64,000 nucleotides of DNA. Origin: Candidatus Omnitrophota bacterium. Lineage in GTDB: Bacteria; Omnitrophota; Gorgyraeia; Gygaellales; UBA12090. Each line of letters starts with the position of its first letter. Within the stretch, counting starts at the first letter, position 1. Below the pieces are notes generated by a model. That model saw nothing but the letters and a program-made list of their open reading frames with translations. It made no database searches and had not been told where the DNA came from. Location: assembly GCA_030674475.1 (NCBI GenBank), contig JAUSCZ010000017.1, positions 110,755-174,754 of the forward strand, given 5' to 3'. Positions 39,224 through 49,708 of this stretch are shown piece by piece. The translations under genes and the position numbers were made by a program.

Positions 39224-40768
39224 TTAAATCTTGGCGGATAAACCTATCTTTGCCTGCTCGACATCAACCTTGATAACCTTGGCTTTTATTACATCGGAAG
39301 GCTTTAATTTATCGGCAATCTCTTTATCTATCTCGCTGGCATAGATAAGCCCCTCAAGATTATCATCTATCTTTACAAAAACTCCGAAAGAAGCCTGTTG
39401 CACCACCTGGGTTTCTATCACCGTATCCAAGGGATACTTTTTGGCAATCTCCGCCCAAGGGTTAGGCTCCAGCTGTTTCAAGCCTAAAGATATCCTGCGG
39501 TTTTGTCCGTCAACAGAAAGCACGGTTACCTCCACCTTTTGGCCTTTTTTCAGGACATCCTGTGGGTGGGCCACCCTCTTGGTCCAGGACATATCCGAGA
39601 CATGAATCATCCCTTCCAGGTTATTATCCAATTCCACAAACGCGCCGTAATCGGTAAAACCTCTCACCTTGCCGCTCACCTTGGAGCCGGCCGGATATTT
39701 AGCCTCAGCCTCAAGCCAGGGATTAACCTCTAATTGTTTCACGCTTAAGGAAATCCTGCGGGCGTCTTTATCTATGCTTAGTATCTGCACCTCCAGGATA
39801 TCTCCCACGGCAAAGATGCTTTGCAGATTAGTTACCCGCTTGGCCCAGGAAATCTCCGAGACATGGATAAGCCCTTCAATTCCCTTCTCCAGTTCAACAA
39901 ACACTCCGTAAGGGAGAATATTTACCACTTTACCTTTTACCTTAGAGCCGACTAAATGTTTATTCGCTATCTCCAGCCAGGGATCCTGGAGCCTCTGCTT
40001 AAGCCCTAAAGAAACTTTACCTTCCTTGCGGTCAAGATTCAGGACCATTACCTCTATCCTATCGCCTACTGCTACTGCCTCCGAGGGATGGCTGATTTTG
40101 GACCAGCTCATATCGGTAATATGCAAAAGCCCGTCCACTCCGCCTAAATCTATAAACGCCCCGAAATCAGTAACGCTCTTTACCAGGCCATTTTTGATAT
40201 CGCCTATCTTTAAAGACGTCCAGAGCTTCTCGCGGCTTTCTTCCTTCTCCTTATACACGGCATCCTTACGCGAGATAATTACGCTATGGCGCAAATTATT
40301 CATCTTAACCATTTTGAACTTAAACTGCTTGTTCATTATCTCATTATCCGACATATTCCGGAAGCTGGATAAAGAAACCGGCAGGAAACCTTCAATGCCT
40401 AACACATCAACCAGATAACCGCCTTTTATCTTCCTTCTTATCGTGCCTTCCACTAAATCGCCTTCGCGGAAATTGCGCCCGATTTTATCCCAGCCCTGCA
40501 CCTTGGCCGCTTTTTCCTTAGAGAGAGTAAGCATTCCCGCGTCATTCTCCACGGATTCCACATACACGTCTACCTCTCTACCCACCTCAAGCTCGTTGCG
40601 GGAAAACTCCATCAAGGGTATAATCCCCTCAGACTTATATCCGATGTCAATCATCACCTCTTTTAAGCCGATAGAGATAATTTTACCCTTAACCACCTGA
40701 CCTTCTTTAATCGCCTTAAAATTCTCCTGGTAAAGCTTCTCAAAATCCATCATCTTCTCTTCAACCAT
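39224..40768 (-). CDS. rpsA: 30S ribosomal protein S1
   Basis: Repeated S1 domains ([29 protein letters not shown]). Confidence 0.96.
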   Translation of the reverse strand: MVEEKMMDFEKLYQENFKAIKEGQVVKGKIISIGLKEVMIDIGYKSEGIIPLMEFSRNELEVGREVDVYVESVENDAGMLTLSKEKAAKVQGWDKIGRNFREGDLVEGTIRRKIKGGYLVDVLGIEGFLPVSLSSFRNMSDNEIMNKQFKFKMVKMNNLRHSVIISRKDAVYKEKEESREKLWTSLKIGDIKNGLVKSVTDFGAFIDLGGVDGLLHITDMSWSKISHPSEAVAVGDRIEVMVLNLDRKEGKVSLGLKQRLQDPWLEIANKHLVGSKVKGKVVNILPYGVFVELEKGIEGLIHVSEISWAKRVTNLQSIFAVGDILEVQILSIDKDARRISLSVKQLEVNPWLEAEAKYPAGSKVSGKVRGFTDYGAFVELDNNLEGMIHVSDMSWTKRVAHPQDVLKKGQKVEVTVLSVDGQNRRISLGLKQLEPNPWAEIAKKYPLDTVIETQVVQQASFGVFVKIDDNLEGLIYASEIDKEIADKLKPSDVIKAKVIKVDVEQAKIGLSAKI

Positions 40769-40801
40769 TAAACGCCACTCTCCTTTTTTTTATTTTAATT
40801 T

Positions 40802-40980
40802 TATATAGTTACCACTGAAAAAGTGGTAACTACTGGGGGATTTTAAGGGGGTTGCAGGCAACCCCCTTAAGGGGTAACAGTGAGTTCCGACAGAGTCGGA
40901 ACGAACGCCATAGGGGCGTGAGCCCCTTTGGAAACGATTACCGCGGAAAAACAAGAGTTTTTCAGTGGTAATCGTTATAT
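40802..40980. repeat. Multi-hairpin MITE-like element upstream of rpsA
   Basis: Ends TAGTTACCACTGAAAAA / TTTTTCAGTGGTAATCG; internal hairpins TTAAGGGGGTTGC/GCAACCCCCTTAA, GTTCCGAC/GTCGGAAC, AGGGGC/GCCCCT. Confidence 0.6.
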
Positions 40981-41002
40981 TATCCCTCTAAATCTGTTAT
41001 TG

Positions 41003-41596
41003 TCAACAAGAATCGCTTAAACCCTGTATCTGCCCCACAACTTCCCGGGCTACAACTTCATAATCCCGTCTATTCCCTACATCTACCGGCCTTCCAAAAA
41101 TCACCCTTATCTTTACCGGCTTAATAAACCTGCTTCCCTTGCCCCAGGCCTTCCAGGAGCCCGAAATCCAAACCGGGATTATGGGAACTCTTGCCTTGGC
41201 CGCCAGCATAACAAAACCGCTGGTAATATCGCGGATATTTCCGTCTTGACTGCGGGTCCCTTCCGGAAACACCAAAAGGCCGGCATTATTTTTCAGCCGG
41301 CGCACCGACTCCTTAACCGCGGACAAGTCAGCTGACCAGCGCTTAATCGGAAAAGAACCCACCTCGGCAATAAGCCAGCCAAATAATTTATTCCGAAAAA
41401 GGCTCTCCCGGGCGGCAAAATTCAAAACCCGCGGACAGGCGGTGCCCACCAGAATCGGGTCAAGAAAGCTGGCGTGATTAGAAGCCAGGACAAATCCGCC
41501 TTTCTTGGGGATAAAACCTTTGCCTCGGACCTCTAAATGAAAAAACAGCTTACATGACCAGATCAAGAAAAACCTGAAAAACCGATACAAAAACAT
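41003..41596 (-). CDS. plsC: 1-acyl-sn-glycerol-3-phosphate acyltransferase
   Basis: NHASFLD and FPEGTRS motifs. Confidence 0.9.
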   Translation of the reverse strand: MFLYRFFRFFLIWSCKLFFHLEVRGKGFIPKKGGFVLASNHASFLDPILVGTACPRVLNFAARESLFRNKLFGWLIAEVGSFPIKRWSADLSAVKESVRRLKNNAGLLVFPEGTRSQDGNIRDITSGFVMLAAKARVPIIPVWISGSWKAWGKGSRFIKPVKIRVIFGRPVDVGNRRDYEVVAREVVGQIQGLSDSC

Positions 41597-42972
41597 TACT
41601 GCAATTTATGGATGATCTCGCGGCCTAGCTTCAACAGGCCGCTTGAGCGCTTAAGGGTTCTTGCCTCACTATATAAACGCATCACGGCCTCGGTTCCTGA
41701 GGCCCGAAACATCAGCCAGCTTTCATCCTCACAAACCAGTTTTATCCCGTCGTAGTCTTTCACCTGGACCACCTTTTTTCCCAGCAGTTCACCGGGGAGG
41801 TCTTCCTTCTTCGGCTCTATCCTTTTCTCAAGATGCAAATCATCCCTAAGATAATAATACCTGCCGAACTGCCTTTCCATCTCTTGAAGTATCTTTAGGA
41901 TAGGCTTACCACGAAAGGCCATCATTTCTAAAAGCAAGAGCCCGGCTACTGAGCCGTCGCGCTCCGGGATATAGCCTTTAACCCCCATCCCGCCGGCCTC
42001 TTCGCCTCCGGTGAGGATATCCTCCTTTTCCATCAGATTAGAGATGTATTTAAAACCCACCGGGGTCTCATAAAGCTTGACCCCAAGAAACCCGGCAATA
42101 TTATCTATCATTGTAGTCCCGGCAGTAGTCTTGACAATGCCGCCACTCCATTTTCTGTCCTGATTTAGATGTAAGGCCAACAACCCAAGTATTTTCTGGG
42201 GATGAATATAGCTCCCGTCTCCGGAGACCGCGGCCAGGCGGTCGGCATCTCCGTCCAAGGCAATCCCTAAGTCAAATTTACCCTCTCTTACCCTCTTCTT
42301 TAACTCCCCTAAATTTTCCTCTAATGGCTCAGGCTGATGGCCTCCAAAAGAAGGATTGACGCTGCTACGGATAAACTCCAGCCGTATCTTAGACCCCTTC
42401 AATACCTCGGCGATAAAGCTGTCTCCAGAACCAAACATCGAATCCACTAAAACCTTAAAATTCTTATTCTTTATACTCTTAAAATCAATGTAGGAACGGA
42501 TAAATTTTACATACTCCTTGCTCAAATCTTCGGTTATAATTTTATCCTTGGCTCGCGAAAAACACTTAACCGGAGATTTTCCCAGATAACTCTCCACCTT
42601 CCGGGTAACTTCCGGGCCGGCCGCTCCTCCGCTGGTAGTCTTGATTTTAAAGCCGTTATACGCGGCCGGGTTATGCGAGGCGGTTATCATAACCCCCAAA
42701 TCCAGCTTTCCGGCTCTTACCGCCAGGCTTACCGCCGGGGTGGGTATGGCCCGGTCCGAAAGCACTACGGATATGCCGTTACTGGCAAAGACCTCCGCCG
42801 AGGCCTGAGCGAATTCCTTGGAAAGAAAACGGGTATCGTAACCCACCGCTATCTTTTTTCCCTCGCCTAAATAATCCGCCACCGCCTGACTGACTATCTT
42901 AAGGTTTTCAAAGGTATAATCCTGAGCAATAATGCCCCGCCAGCCATCGGTTCCAAATTTTATATTAAGCAT
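41596..42972 (-). CDS. Phosphoglucomutase/phosphomannomutase
   Basis: FGTDGWRG, TASHNP, DGDADR, RASGTE. Confidence 0.93.
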   Translation of the reverse strand: MLNIKFGTDGWRGIIAQDYTFENLKIVSQAVADYLGEGKKIAVGYDTRFLSKEFAQASAEVFASNGISVVLSDRAIPTPAVSLAVRAGKLDLGVMITASHNPAAYNGFKIKTTSGGAAGPEVTRKVESYLGKSPVKCFSRAKDKIITEDLSKEYVKFIRSYIDFKSIKNKNFKVLVDSMFGSGDSFIAEVLKGSKIRLEFIRSSVNPSFGGHQPEPLEENLGELKKRVREGKFDLGIALDGDADRLAAVSGDGSYIHPQKILGLLALHLNQDRKWSGGIVKTTAGTTMIDNIAGFLGVKLYETPVGFKYISNLMEKEDILTGGEEAGGMGVKGYIPERDGSVAGLLLLEMMAFRGKPILKILQEMERQFGRYYYLRDDLHLEKRIEPKKEDLPGELLGKKVVQVKDYDGIKLVCEDESWLMFRASGTEAVMRLYSEARTLKRSSGLLKLGREIIHKLQ

Positions 42973-43606
42973 TTCTTAGCTCCTCTATCGCTGATTGCTT
43001 ATCTTTGGCCTTAAAAATATATGTCCCGCAGGCCAGTATATTCGCCCCCGCCTTAACTGCCAATTTAGAATTATCCCCGTCTATCCCTCCGTCAACGGCT
43101 ATATCCCCGGGATAAAAAGAGCGAATCTGAGAAATCTTAGGCAGTACCTCTGCCATAAATTTCTGCCCCCCGAAGCCGGGCTGGACCGTCATCACTAAAA
43201 CCATATCCGAAAACTTAGAGACATTTTTTATGGCGCCGGGTTCGGTTTCCGGATTAAGGGATATGGCTATTTTAATTCCTTGCTGACGCAATCTTTTGGC
43301 CGCGGTAATAAAATCCTTCTCCTTTATTGTCTCAATATGTAAGGTAACAATATTAGCGCCGGCCTGAATAAAGCTATCAATATACTTAAGCGGCTCACTG
43401 ACCATTAGGTGGGCCTCAAACGGAAGCTCGCTGTAGGGCCTGATAGCCTTGACCACTGCCGGGCCGATGGTGATATTGGGTACAAAATGCCCATCCATTA
43501 TATCAATATGCAGGAAATCTATCTTGTATCGGCTGATGTCTTTGACTTCCTGGCCTAATTTAGAGAAATCCGCGGATAAGATGGAAGGAGCGATTTTGAT
43601 GTTCAT
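42965..43606 (-). CDS. rpe: Ribulose-phosphate 3-epimerase
   Basis: APSILSADF, HIDIMDGHFVPN, PGFGGQ, VDGG. Confidence 0.96.
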   Translation of the reverse strand: MNIKIAPSILSADFSKLGQEVKDISRYKIDFLHIDIMDGHFVPNITIGPAVVKAIRPYSELPFEAHLMVSEPLKYIDSFIQAGANIVTLHIETIKEKDFITAAKRLRQQGIKIAISLNPETEPGAIKNVSKFSDMVLVMTVQPGFGGQKFMAEVLPKISQIRSFYPGDIAVDGGIDGDNSKLAVKAGANILACGTYIFKAKDKQSAIEELRNA

Positions 43607-43610
43607 TTTT

Positions 43611-43708
43611 TAGCTCTCAGCTGTCTGCTGTCTGCTTTCTGCTTGCGCCGTAGGCGCATCCGCCTGCGGCGGAGAAAGCCGAATGCGGAAAGCTGACAGC
43701 TGAAAGCT
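43611..43708. repeat. Inverted 7-mer-periodic arms around two small hairpins
   Basis: AGCTCTC AGCTGTC TGCTGTC TGCTTTC ... GAAAGCT GACAGCT GAAAGCT around GCGCCGTAGGCGC and TCCGCCTGCGGCGGA. Confidence 0.7.
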
Positions 43709-44277
43709 TATTTATAGAATCCGTTTTTTACAATATAACTATACACTTCCTTAGGCAAATAATAGCGTGTGGACTCACCCGCCTTAAGGCGCTGGCGCAG
43801 CCTAAAACCTGAGATATCTACAGACTCAATTGCCACGGGAAGGACATTTTTGGGCAGGTTCTTTAGAGGATAATTAGGACGCAAGGCCACCACCAGCTTT
43901 GCCAGCTTCATCACCTGATCAATATCCTTCCAACTGCTTAAGTAACCCAAGGCGTCCGAACCCACAATAAAAAAAAATTTATCCCGCGCCGGATATTTCT
44001 CCCGCAGGCTCCTTAAGGTATCTATAGTATAAGATTTGCCTTGGCGTTTAACCTCAATATCCGAGGCCTCAAAACAGGGATTGCTTTTAAGTGCCATCCG
44101 GACCATCTTTAATCTCTCAGAGGCGTAAAGCAAGTCCTTCTCTTCCTTATGCGCCGCCAGATAAAGAGGAATAAAGATAATTTTATCTAACTTTAGCTTC
44201 TCCCGGACCTCATCAGCCAAAATCAGATGGCCGATATGGATAGGATTAAAACTTCCCCCTAATATGCCGATTTTCAT
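43708..44277 (-). CDS. nadD: Nicotinate-nucleotide adenylyltransferase
   Basis: GGSFNPIHIGH, SYTIDT, GSD, C-terminal YIVKNGFY. Confidence 0.94.
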   Translation of the reverse strand: MKIGILGGSFNPIHIGHLILADEVREKLKLDKIIFIPLYLAAHKEEKDLLYASERLKMVRMALKSNPCFEASDIEVKRQGKSYTIDTLRSLREKYPARDKFFFIVGSDALGYLSSWKDIDQVMKLAKLVVALRPNYPLKNLPKNVLPVAIESVDISGFRLRQRLKAGESTRYYLPKEVYSYIVKNGFYK

Positions 44278-44326
44278 CTTAAAATAAATTGCGCACCCTT
44301 CTTGCACCTACGAGGTGCAGGAAAGG

Positions 44327-45568
44327 TTAGTGGCGGATTTGCCCGCTGCCGAAAATCATATATTTATAACTGGTCAGCTCTTGTAAGGCCATCGGGCCGC
44401 GGGCGTGGAGCTTATCGGTAGAAATGCCTATCTCCGCGCCCATGCCGAATTCGTATCCGTCGGTAAAACGGGTTGAGGCGTTCACATACACGCAGGCCGA
44501 ATCCACTTTATTCAGGAACTCGCGGGCATTATTATAATTCTCGGTAATAATACTATCGGAATGATGCGATCCGTAATGATTTATACGCGTGATTGCCTCA
44601 TCCAGGCTGTCTACCACTTTTATTGATAAAATAAGGTCAAGATACTCCGTGGACCAATCCAGCTCTTTGGCCTTTTTTATCCCGTGGGCTAACTTTACAG
44701 TTTTATCACAGCCGCGGATCTCTACCCCGGCCTGCGTATATCTTTTAATCATTTCCGGCAGGAAATCACAGGAGGCCTCATTATGCACCAGAAGGGTTTC
44801 CATGGCGTTACATACCCCCGGCCTTTGCACCTTGGCGTTAAAACAGATATCCTCTGCCATTTTTAAATCCGCGTATCTATCCACATAGGTATGACAAACT
44901 CCCTTATAATGCTTAATCACCGGAATCTTGGAATACTTCTGGACAAAACTAATCAGCCCTTCGCCTCCCCGGGGAATAACCAAATCTATGGAATCGGATA
45001 AACCTAAAAGTTCAGTTAAGGCCTTACGCTCCACGGTGTCCACAAAATTTATTGCTTCAGCGGGAAGGCCGGATTCAACAGCCGCATTCTTTAAGATATG
45101 ATAAATTACCCTATTGGTATTGATAGCCTCTGAGCCCCCTTTAAGAATACAGGCATTGCCGGATTTTAAACACAACCCGATGCAATCGCTGGTGACATTG
45201 GGCCGCGACTCGTAAATTATGGCCACCACTCCGATAGGAACTCTGACCTTTTGGATCCAAAGCCCGTTTGGCCTTAAGGCGCCCTCAATCACCTCACCCA
45301 CCGGATCCTTAAGCCCGGCCACTGCTAAAAGAGAATCCGCCATCAGCTTTATCCGCTGTTCATTCAAGCTCAAACGCTCTCGCGCCGCCTTAGGCAAATC
45401 CTGAGCTTTAACCAAATCTTGTTTATTGGCTGAAAGTATTTCCTTGGTTTTAGCTTTAAGCGAGCCGGCCATCCTCACTAAGGCCTTATTCTTTATCACG
45501 CCAGATAAAACCGCCAGTTCATAAGATGCTGTTTTTGCCGCTTTAGCCTGCTCTTTTATGTTTCGCAT
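44327..45568 (-). CDS. proA: Glutamate-5-semialdehyde dehydrogenase
   Basis: IYESRPNVT, PRGG, CNAMETLL, NASTRFTDG, KLHARGP. Confidence 0.97.
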   Translation of the reverse strand: MRNIKEQAKAAKTASYELAVLSGVIKNKALVRMAGSLKAKTKEILSANKQDLVKAQDLPKAARERLSLNEQRIKLMADSLLAVAGLKDPVGEVIEGALRPNGLWIQKVRVPIGVVAIIYESRPNVTSDCIGLCLKSGNACILKGGSEAINTNRVIYHILKNAAVESGLPAEAINFVDTVERKALTELLGLSDSIDLVIPRGGEGLISFVQKYSKIPVIKHYKGVCHTYVDRYADLKMAEDICFNAKVQRPGVCNAMETLLVHNEASCDFLPEMIKRYTQAGVEIRGCDKTVKLAHGIKKAKELDWSTEYLDLILSIKVVDSLDEAITRINHYGSHHSDSIITENYNNAREFLNKVDSACVYVNASTRFTDGYEFGMGAEIGISTDKLHARGPMALQELTSYKYMIFGSGQIRH

Positions 45569-45570
45569 TT

Positions 45571-46638
45571 TTAAAGTATCACCAAATCATCCCGGTGGAT
45601 AACTTCTTCTTCCAGGCGCCGGCCTTTTAAGCGCCTTAAATCCTTGGCTGAAAAATTCACCTTTCCCCGGGCAAATTCGTTGCGGTCTTTATCTGCGATA
45701 CTGACGGTATCATCCGCCTTGAAATCCCCTTCTATTTCCTCTATTCCTACCGAAAGCAGGCTCTTTCCGGCTTCAACCAGGGCTTTTTTTGCCCCGGAAT
45801 CCACAATAAGCCTTCCCCTTGTTCTCACCCCATAAGCAATCCAGGATTTCTTCGCCTTAAGACAAGGCTTATGAGGGGCGAAAAATGTGCCTATTTTTTC
45901 CCCGTAAACTGATTTCAACAAGCTGTCTTTAGCCCGGCCATTGGCAATAATCGCGGGTACACCAGCGCCGCAGGCAATCTTTATCGCCTCAAGCTTGCTG
46001 GACATCCCCCCCACGCAGCCCGGCTTGTCCGTCTTACAGCAAAAATTAGTTATTTCCGGAGTGATCTCATCCACCCTCTCAATAACCTGTTTTTCCGGCA
46101 GACGGTATAAGCCGTCCACATCGGATAAAATTAATAGCAAATCCGCCCCAATCAAATTAGCCACCATAGCCGAAAGCCGGTCATTGTCGCCGAAACGGAT
46201 TTCGTCGGTGGATACGGTATCGTTCTCGTTGATAACCGGAAGCGCTTTATTTTTTAACAATGTCCTCAGGGTGGCGCGGACATTAAGATAGCGATTTCTA
46301 TTTTCAAAATCATCCCAGGTAAGCAGCAGCTGAGCGCAAAGACGATTCTTTTCCTTAAGCAGGCGCCGGTATATGGCCATCAGCTCATTCTGGCCGATAG
46401 CCGCCGCGGCCTGAAGGCTGTCCATATCCCGGGGGCGTTCCTTTAAATTCAACAAAGACATTCCGCAGGCCACCGCTCCCGATGAAACCAGCACCACTTC
46501 TTTATTATCCAGCCAAAGTTTTTCTATCTGCTCAATCAGCGCCTTAAGATATTTTAGTTCGATCGCGCTTGCCCTGGGGCTGATTAAGCTGGAGCCAACC
46601 TTAACGACAACCCGGGAAAAGCTCTTTCTGGATTGCAT
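45571..46638 (-). CDS. proB: Glutamate 5-kinase
   Basis: VVKVGSS, INENDTV, FGDND, PUA domain. Confidence 0.97.
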   Translation of the reverse strand: MQSRKSFSRVVVKVGSSLISPRASAIELKYLKALIEQIEKLWLDNKEVVLVSSGAVACGMSLLNLKERPRDMDSLQAAAAIGQNELMAIYRRLLKEKNRLCAQLLLTWDDFENRNRYLNVRATLRTLLKNKALPVINENDTVSTDEIRFGDNDRLSAMVANLIGADLLLILSDVDGLYRLPEKQVIERVDEITPEITNFCCKTDKPGCVGGMSSKLEAIKIACGAGVPAIIANGRAKDSLLKSVYGEKIGTFFAPHKPCLKAKKSWIAYGVRTRGRLIVDSGAKKALVEAGKSLLSVGIEEIEGDFKADDTVSIADKDRNEFARGKVNFSAKDLRRLKGRRLEEEVIHRDDLVIL

Positions 46639-47578
46639 TTAACAAAACCTTTAGGCCTTGAGATTCCAAGGCTGAAATGGGAATAATTTTCTTTCTGACC
46701 TTTTTCTTAAAATCCGCCAGGTTCTTTTTGGCCTGGGGTAAATCCATTTTATTGGCTACTAAGATTCTTGGTTTTTTAAAGACCTCATGGCTATAAAATT
46801 TTAATTCATCATTGATGACAAAATAATCGTCCAAGGGGCTTCTTCCGTCTACACCGGCCATATCTATCATATGGACAATAACCTTAGTCCTCTCGATATG
46901 GCGCAGAAACCTATCCCCTAAGCCTTTTCCCAGGTGCGAATCCTTGATCAATCCGGGGATATCAGCAATAGAAAAAAAGGCTTCTTCGTTGATAGTAACT
47001 GTTCCTAAAGCCGGCTTTTTGGTGGTAAAAGGATAATTGGCAATTTCAGGATGGGCATTGGATATTTTAGAGATTAAGGTAGATTTTCCGCTGTTGGGAA
47101 AACCCGCCAGGCCAACATCGGCAATCAGCTTTAGGTCTAATGTTACTATCCTTTCTTCACCCGGAGCTCCCGGAAAATCATCCTCGCTCTTAGCATGCAC
47201 GCTCCCCTTGCCCCCGGGTCCGCCATAAGCCGCGATAAATTCTTCCCGGTCGCTCACCAATTCCCTTAAACGGCAGTTGGTCTGGGCATCGGTAATCAGG
47301 GTTCCGCAAGGCACGGTTATAACCAGGCTTTCGGCATCAAAGCCTTTTTTGCGGTTAGAAGAGGCGTTGCCGCCGCGAAGCGCGCTAAAATGCTGGCGGT
47401 ATTTAAAGTCATAAAGGGTGAGGAGATTTTTATTCGCGCGAATAACGACATCTCCGCCTTTACCGCCGTCTCCTCCGTCCCGGCGGGGATAGCGGGTATA
47501 CTTATCCCGGTATAAACTATTACAGCCGCCTCCGCCATTACCGGCCTTGATCATAATCCTGGCATTATCAACAAACAT
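46601..47578 (-). CDS. obgE: GTPase ObgE/CgtA
   Basis: Gly-rich Obg fold, GFPNSGKST, YPFTT, DIPG, NKMD. Confidence 0.96.
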   Translation of the reverse strand: MFVDNARIMIKAGNGGGGCNSLYRDKYTRYPRRDGGDGGKGGDVVIRANKNLLTLYDFKYRQHFSALRGGNASSNRKKGFDAESLVITVPCGTLITDAQTNCRLRELVSDREEFIAAYGGPGGKGSVHAKSEDDFPGAPGEERIVTLDLKLIADVGLAGFPNSGKSTLISKISNAHPEIANYPFTTKKPALGTVTINEEAFFSIADIPGLIKDSHLGKGLGDRFLRHIERTKVIVHMIDMAGVDGRSPLDDYFVINDELKFYSHEVFKKPRILVANKMDLPQAKKNLADFKKKVRKKIIPISALESQGLKVLLNAIQKELFPGCR

Positions 47579-47654
47579 AATCAAATCTTTCAATGATCAA
47601 TAACCAAGCACCCAAATAACATTGAACACCGAACAAGGAATATCGAATGAAAAA

Positions 47655-47736
47655 GTAGTGGTCAGCGTCCGCTGACCTCAACATAATCTCGTGGTTCGAC
47701 TAGGCTCACCACAAGTTGCCTTACGGCAACCGCTAC
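47655..47736 (+). repeat. Heterodimeric GTAG REP doublet with a 24-bp element in its spacer
   Basis: GTAGTGGTCAGCGTCCGCTGACC ... GTTGCCTTACGGCAACCGCTAC; other copies at 48164-48234 and 60649-60724. Confidence 0.85.
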
Positions 47737-47802
47737 TTCGAAATTCGTTATTCTGTTATTCAATACTTGTTATTTGTCTGCCACAGACAGGGTTATTAAC
47801 CA

Positions 47803-48117
47803 TTACTCAACGGCGATTTCCTTAATCCTCACGACGGCTAACTGCTGACGGTGGCCTTTTAGGGTTTTGCTGTTTTTTCTCCTGCGGAATTTAAAGGATG
47901 TTACTTTTTTAGCTTTGAGGTCACGCAGTTTCTCGGCAATAACCTTTGCTCCCTTTAAATAGGGAAAACCCACCTTGACTTTCTCACCCTCCACGGTTAA
48001 CAAGACATTACTAAATATGATTTCATCTTTAGCCTTACCGTCTAATTTTTCGACCTGGACCACATCGTCTTTTTCCACCTTATACTGTTTACCGCCGGTT
48101 TCAATTATCGCATACAT
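47803..48117 (-). CDS. rplU: 50S ribosomal protein L21
   Basis: MYAIIETGGKQYKV, GHRQ. Confidence 0.97.
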   Translation of the reverse strand: MYAIIETGGKQYKVEKDDVVQVEKLDGKAKDEIIFSNVLLTVEGEKVKVGFPYLKGAKVIAEKLRDLKAKKVTSFKFRRRKNSKTLKGHRQQLAVVRIKEIAVE

Positions 48118-48163
48118 TACTTCGCTCCTTTTTGTTTAGTTGCTTCAATTTCAATTTCATACA

Positions 48164-48234
48164 GCAGCGGTTGCCGCCTGCTCAGCAGGCAGGTAAGGCA
48201 ACGATATTACAGGGTCAACGGAGCTGACCCCTAC
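48164..48234 (-). repeat. Heterodimeric GTAG REP doublet with 17-bp palindromic insert
   Basis: Minus strand: GTAGGGGTCAGCTCCGTTGACCC..GTTGCCTTA[CCTGCCTGCTGAGCAGG]CGGCAACCGCTGC. Confidence 0.85.
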
Positions 48235-48262
48235 TATTATTCATATTGCCCATTTCTATTGT

Positions 48263-49708
48263 TTATACTATTTTTACTTCTTCAACATGCGCGTTGGGCT
48301 CTATAGTGAAGCTGATTTTTGTCCGATAGCGCCTCTCTATGGTCTTAATGTGCTCTTCGTTTTCTTTGAGCAGATAATTCAAGAGATTAGGATTAAGGCT
48401 GACATGAAGCTCTCGCTTATCCGGATGTTCCGTAAGGGTTCTTTTCAATTCCTTGAGCACATACACGCACATAGCCGCGTTTGACTTTACCTTGCCCCTG
48501 CCCCGGCAATATGGGCAAGTCTCATAAGAAAGGCTCTCGATCGCCCGATAGACCCTTTCCCGGGTCATCTCTACCACCCCGAACTTAGAAATGCCGATGA
48601 TTTCGTATTTGGCCTTATCGTCCTTAAGGGAATTTTTTAATATCCTCAGGACTTCCCGGCGGTGGTCTTCCCTTTCCATATCAATAAAATCAATCACGAT
48701 AATCCCGCCTAAATCTCTTAATCTTAACTGCCTAGCGATTTCACCCGCGGCCTCGCTGTTAACCGCGAAGGCCATATGCTCGGGATCGTATTTCTTGCGG
48801 AATCTCCCGGAGTTGACATCAATCACCACCAGCCCCTCGGTCGGCTCAATAACCAGATACGCCCCGGATTTCAAATAGACATTGCGCTCATAGATTTTAT
48901 CCACCTGCTTTTCAATGCCCTTCTCGGTAAAGAGTTCCAGCCTTCCCCGGTGTAATTCTATATTTTTCAGCAGGTCGCGGGAAAAAACCTTCAAGAAATT
49001 ACATATCCGTTTAAACTCCTCTTTGGAATCAACAATCAACTTTGAAACTTCATCGTCAAACGAATCCCGGATTACCCTTAAGACTATGTCATAATCTTCG
49101 TAAATCAAGGCGGGGGCGGTGTTTCTCTGGGCAAAAGAGCTGATCCTGCGCCAAAGCTTAAACAGGAATAAGACATCGTGGTGCAGTTGGCGCTTATCTT
49201 TGCCTTCGGCCACGGTGCGAATAATATACCCTATGTCGGTAGGAAGTTTTATCTCCTCAAGCAGGCCTAAGAGCCTGGACCTTTCTTGCCTGTCCTCAAT
49301 CCGGCGGGAAAGCCCGCGATGGTCATCCTGAGGCATCAGCACTAAGTATCTTCCGGCCAGGCCGATATGGGTGGTTAGCCGCGGGCCCTTGGTGCTGATC
49401 GGCTCTTTAACCACCTGGACCAAGACCTCTTCCCCTTTTTTAAATTCTCTTTTTTTAGTCTCAACCGGAGCAATGGGCTCAATCGGCTCAACGATATCCG
49501 AGAGATAAAGAAAGCCTTTCTTCTCTAAGCCAATCTCCACAAAGGCCGCCCCGATTGAGGGCACAATACTATCAATCCTGCCCTTATAGATGTTGCCCAC
49601 GATTGTTTTATAAGAAGGCCGCTCAATATAATACTCATCAAGTATGCCATCCTTAACAATAGCCGCCCGCTTTTCCTGCATTTCCGTGTTAACTAAAATT
49701 TCTTTCAT
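48263..49708 (-). CDS. rng: Rne/Rng family ribonuclease (RNase G-like)
   Basis: VGNIYKG, KEPISTKGPRLT, IDVNSG, IVIDFIDM, CPYCRGRG. Confidence 0.93.
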   Translation of the reverse strand: MKEILVNTEMQEKRAAIVKDGILDEYYIERPSYKTIVGNIYKGRIDSIVPSIGAAFVEIGLEKKGFLYLSDIVEPIEPIAPVETKKREFKKGEEVLVQVVKEPISTKGPRLTTHIGLAGRYLVLMPQDDHRGLSRRIEDRQERSRLLGLLEEIKLPTDIGYIIRTVAEGKDKRQLHHDVLFLFKLWRRISSFAQRNTAPALIYEDYDIVLRVIRDSFDDEVSKLIVDSKEEFKRICNFLKVFSRDLLKNIELHRGRLELFTEKGIEKQVDKIYERNVYLKSGAYLVIEPTEGLVVIDVNSGRFRKKYDPEHMAFAVNSEAAGEIARQLRLRDLGGIIVIDFIDMEREDHRREVLRILKNSLKDDKAKYEIIGISKFGVVEMTRERVYRAIESLSYETCPYCRGRGKVKSNAAMCVYVLKELKRTLTEHPDKRELHVSLNPNLLNYLLKENEEHIKTIERRYRTKISFTIEPNAHVEEVKIV

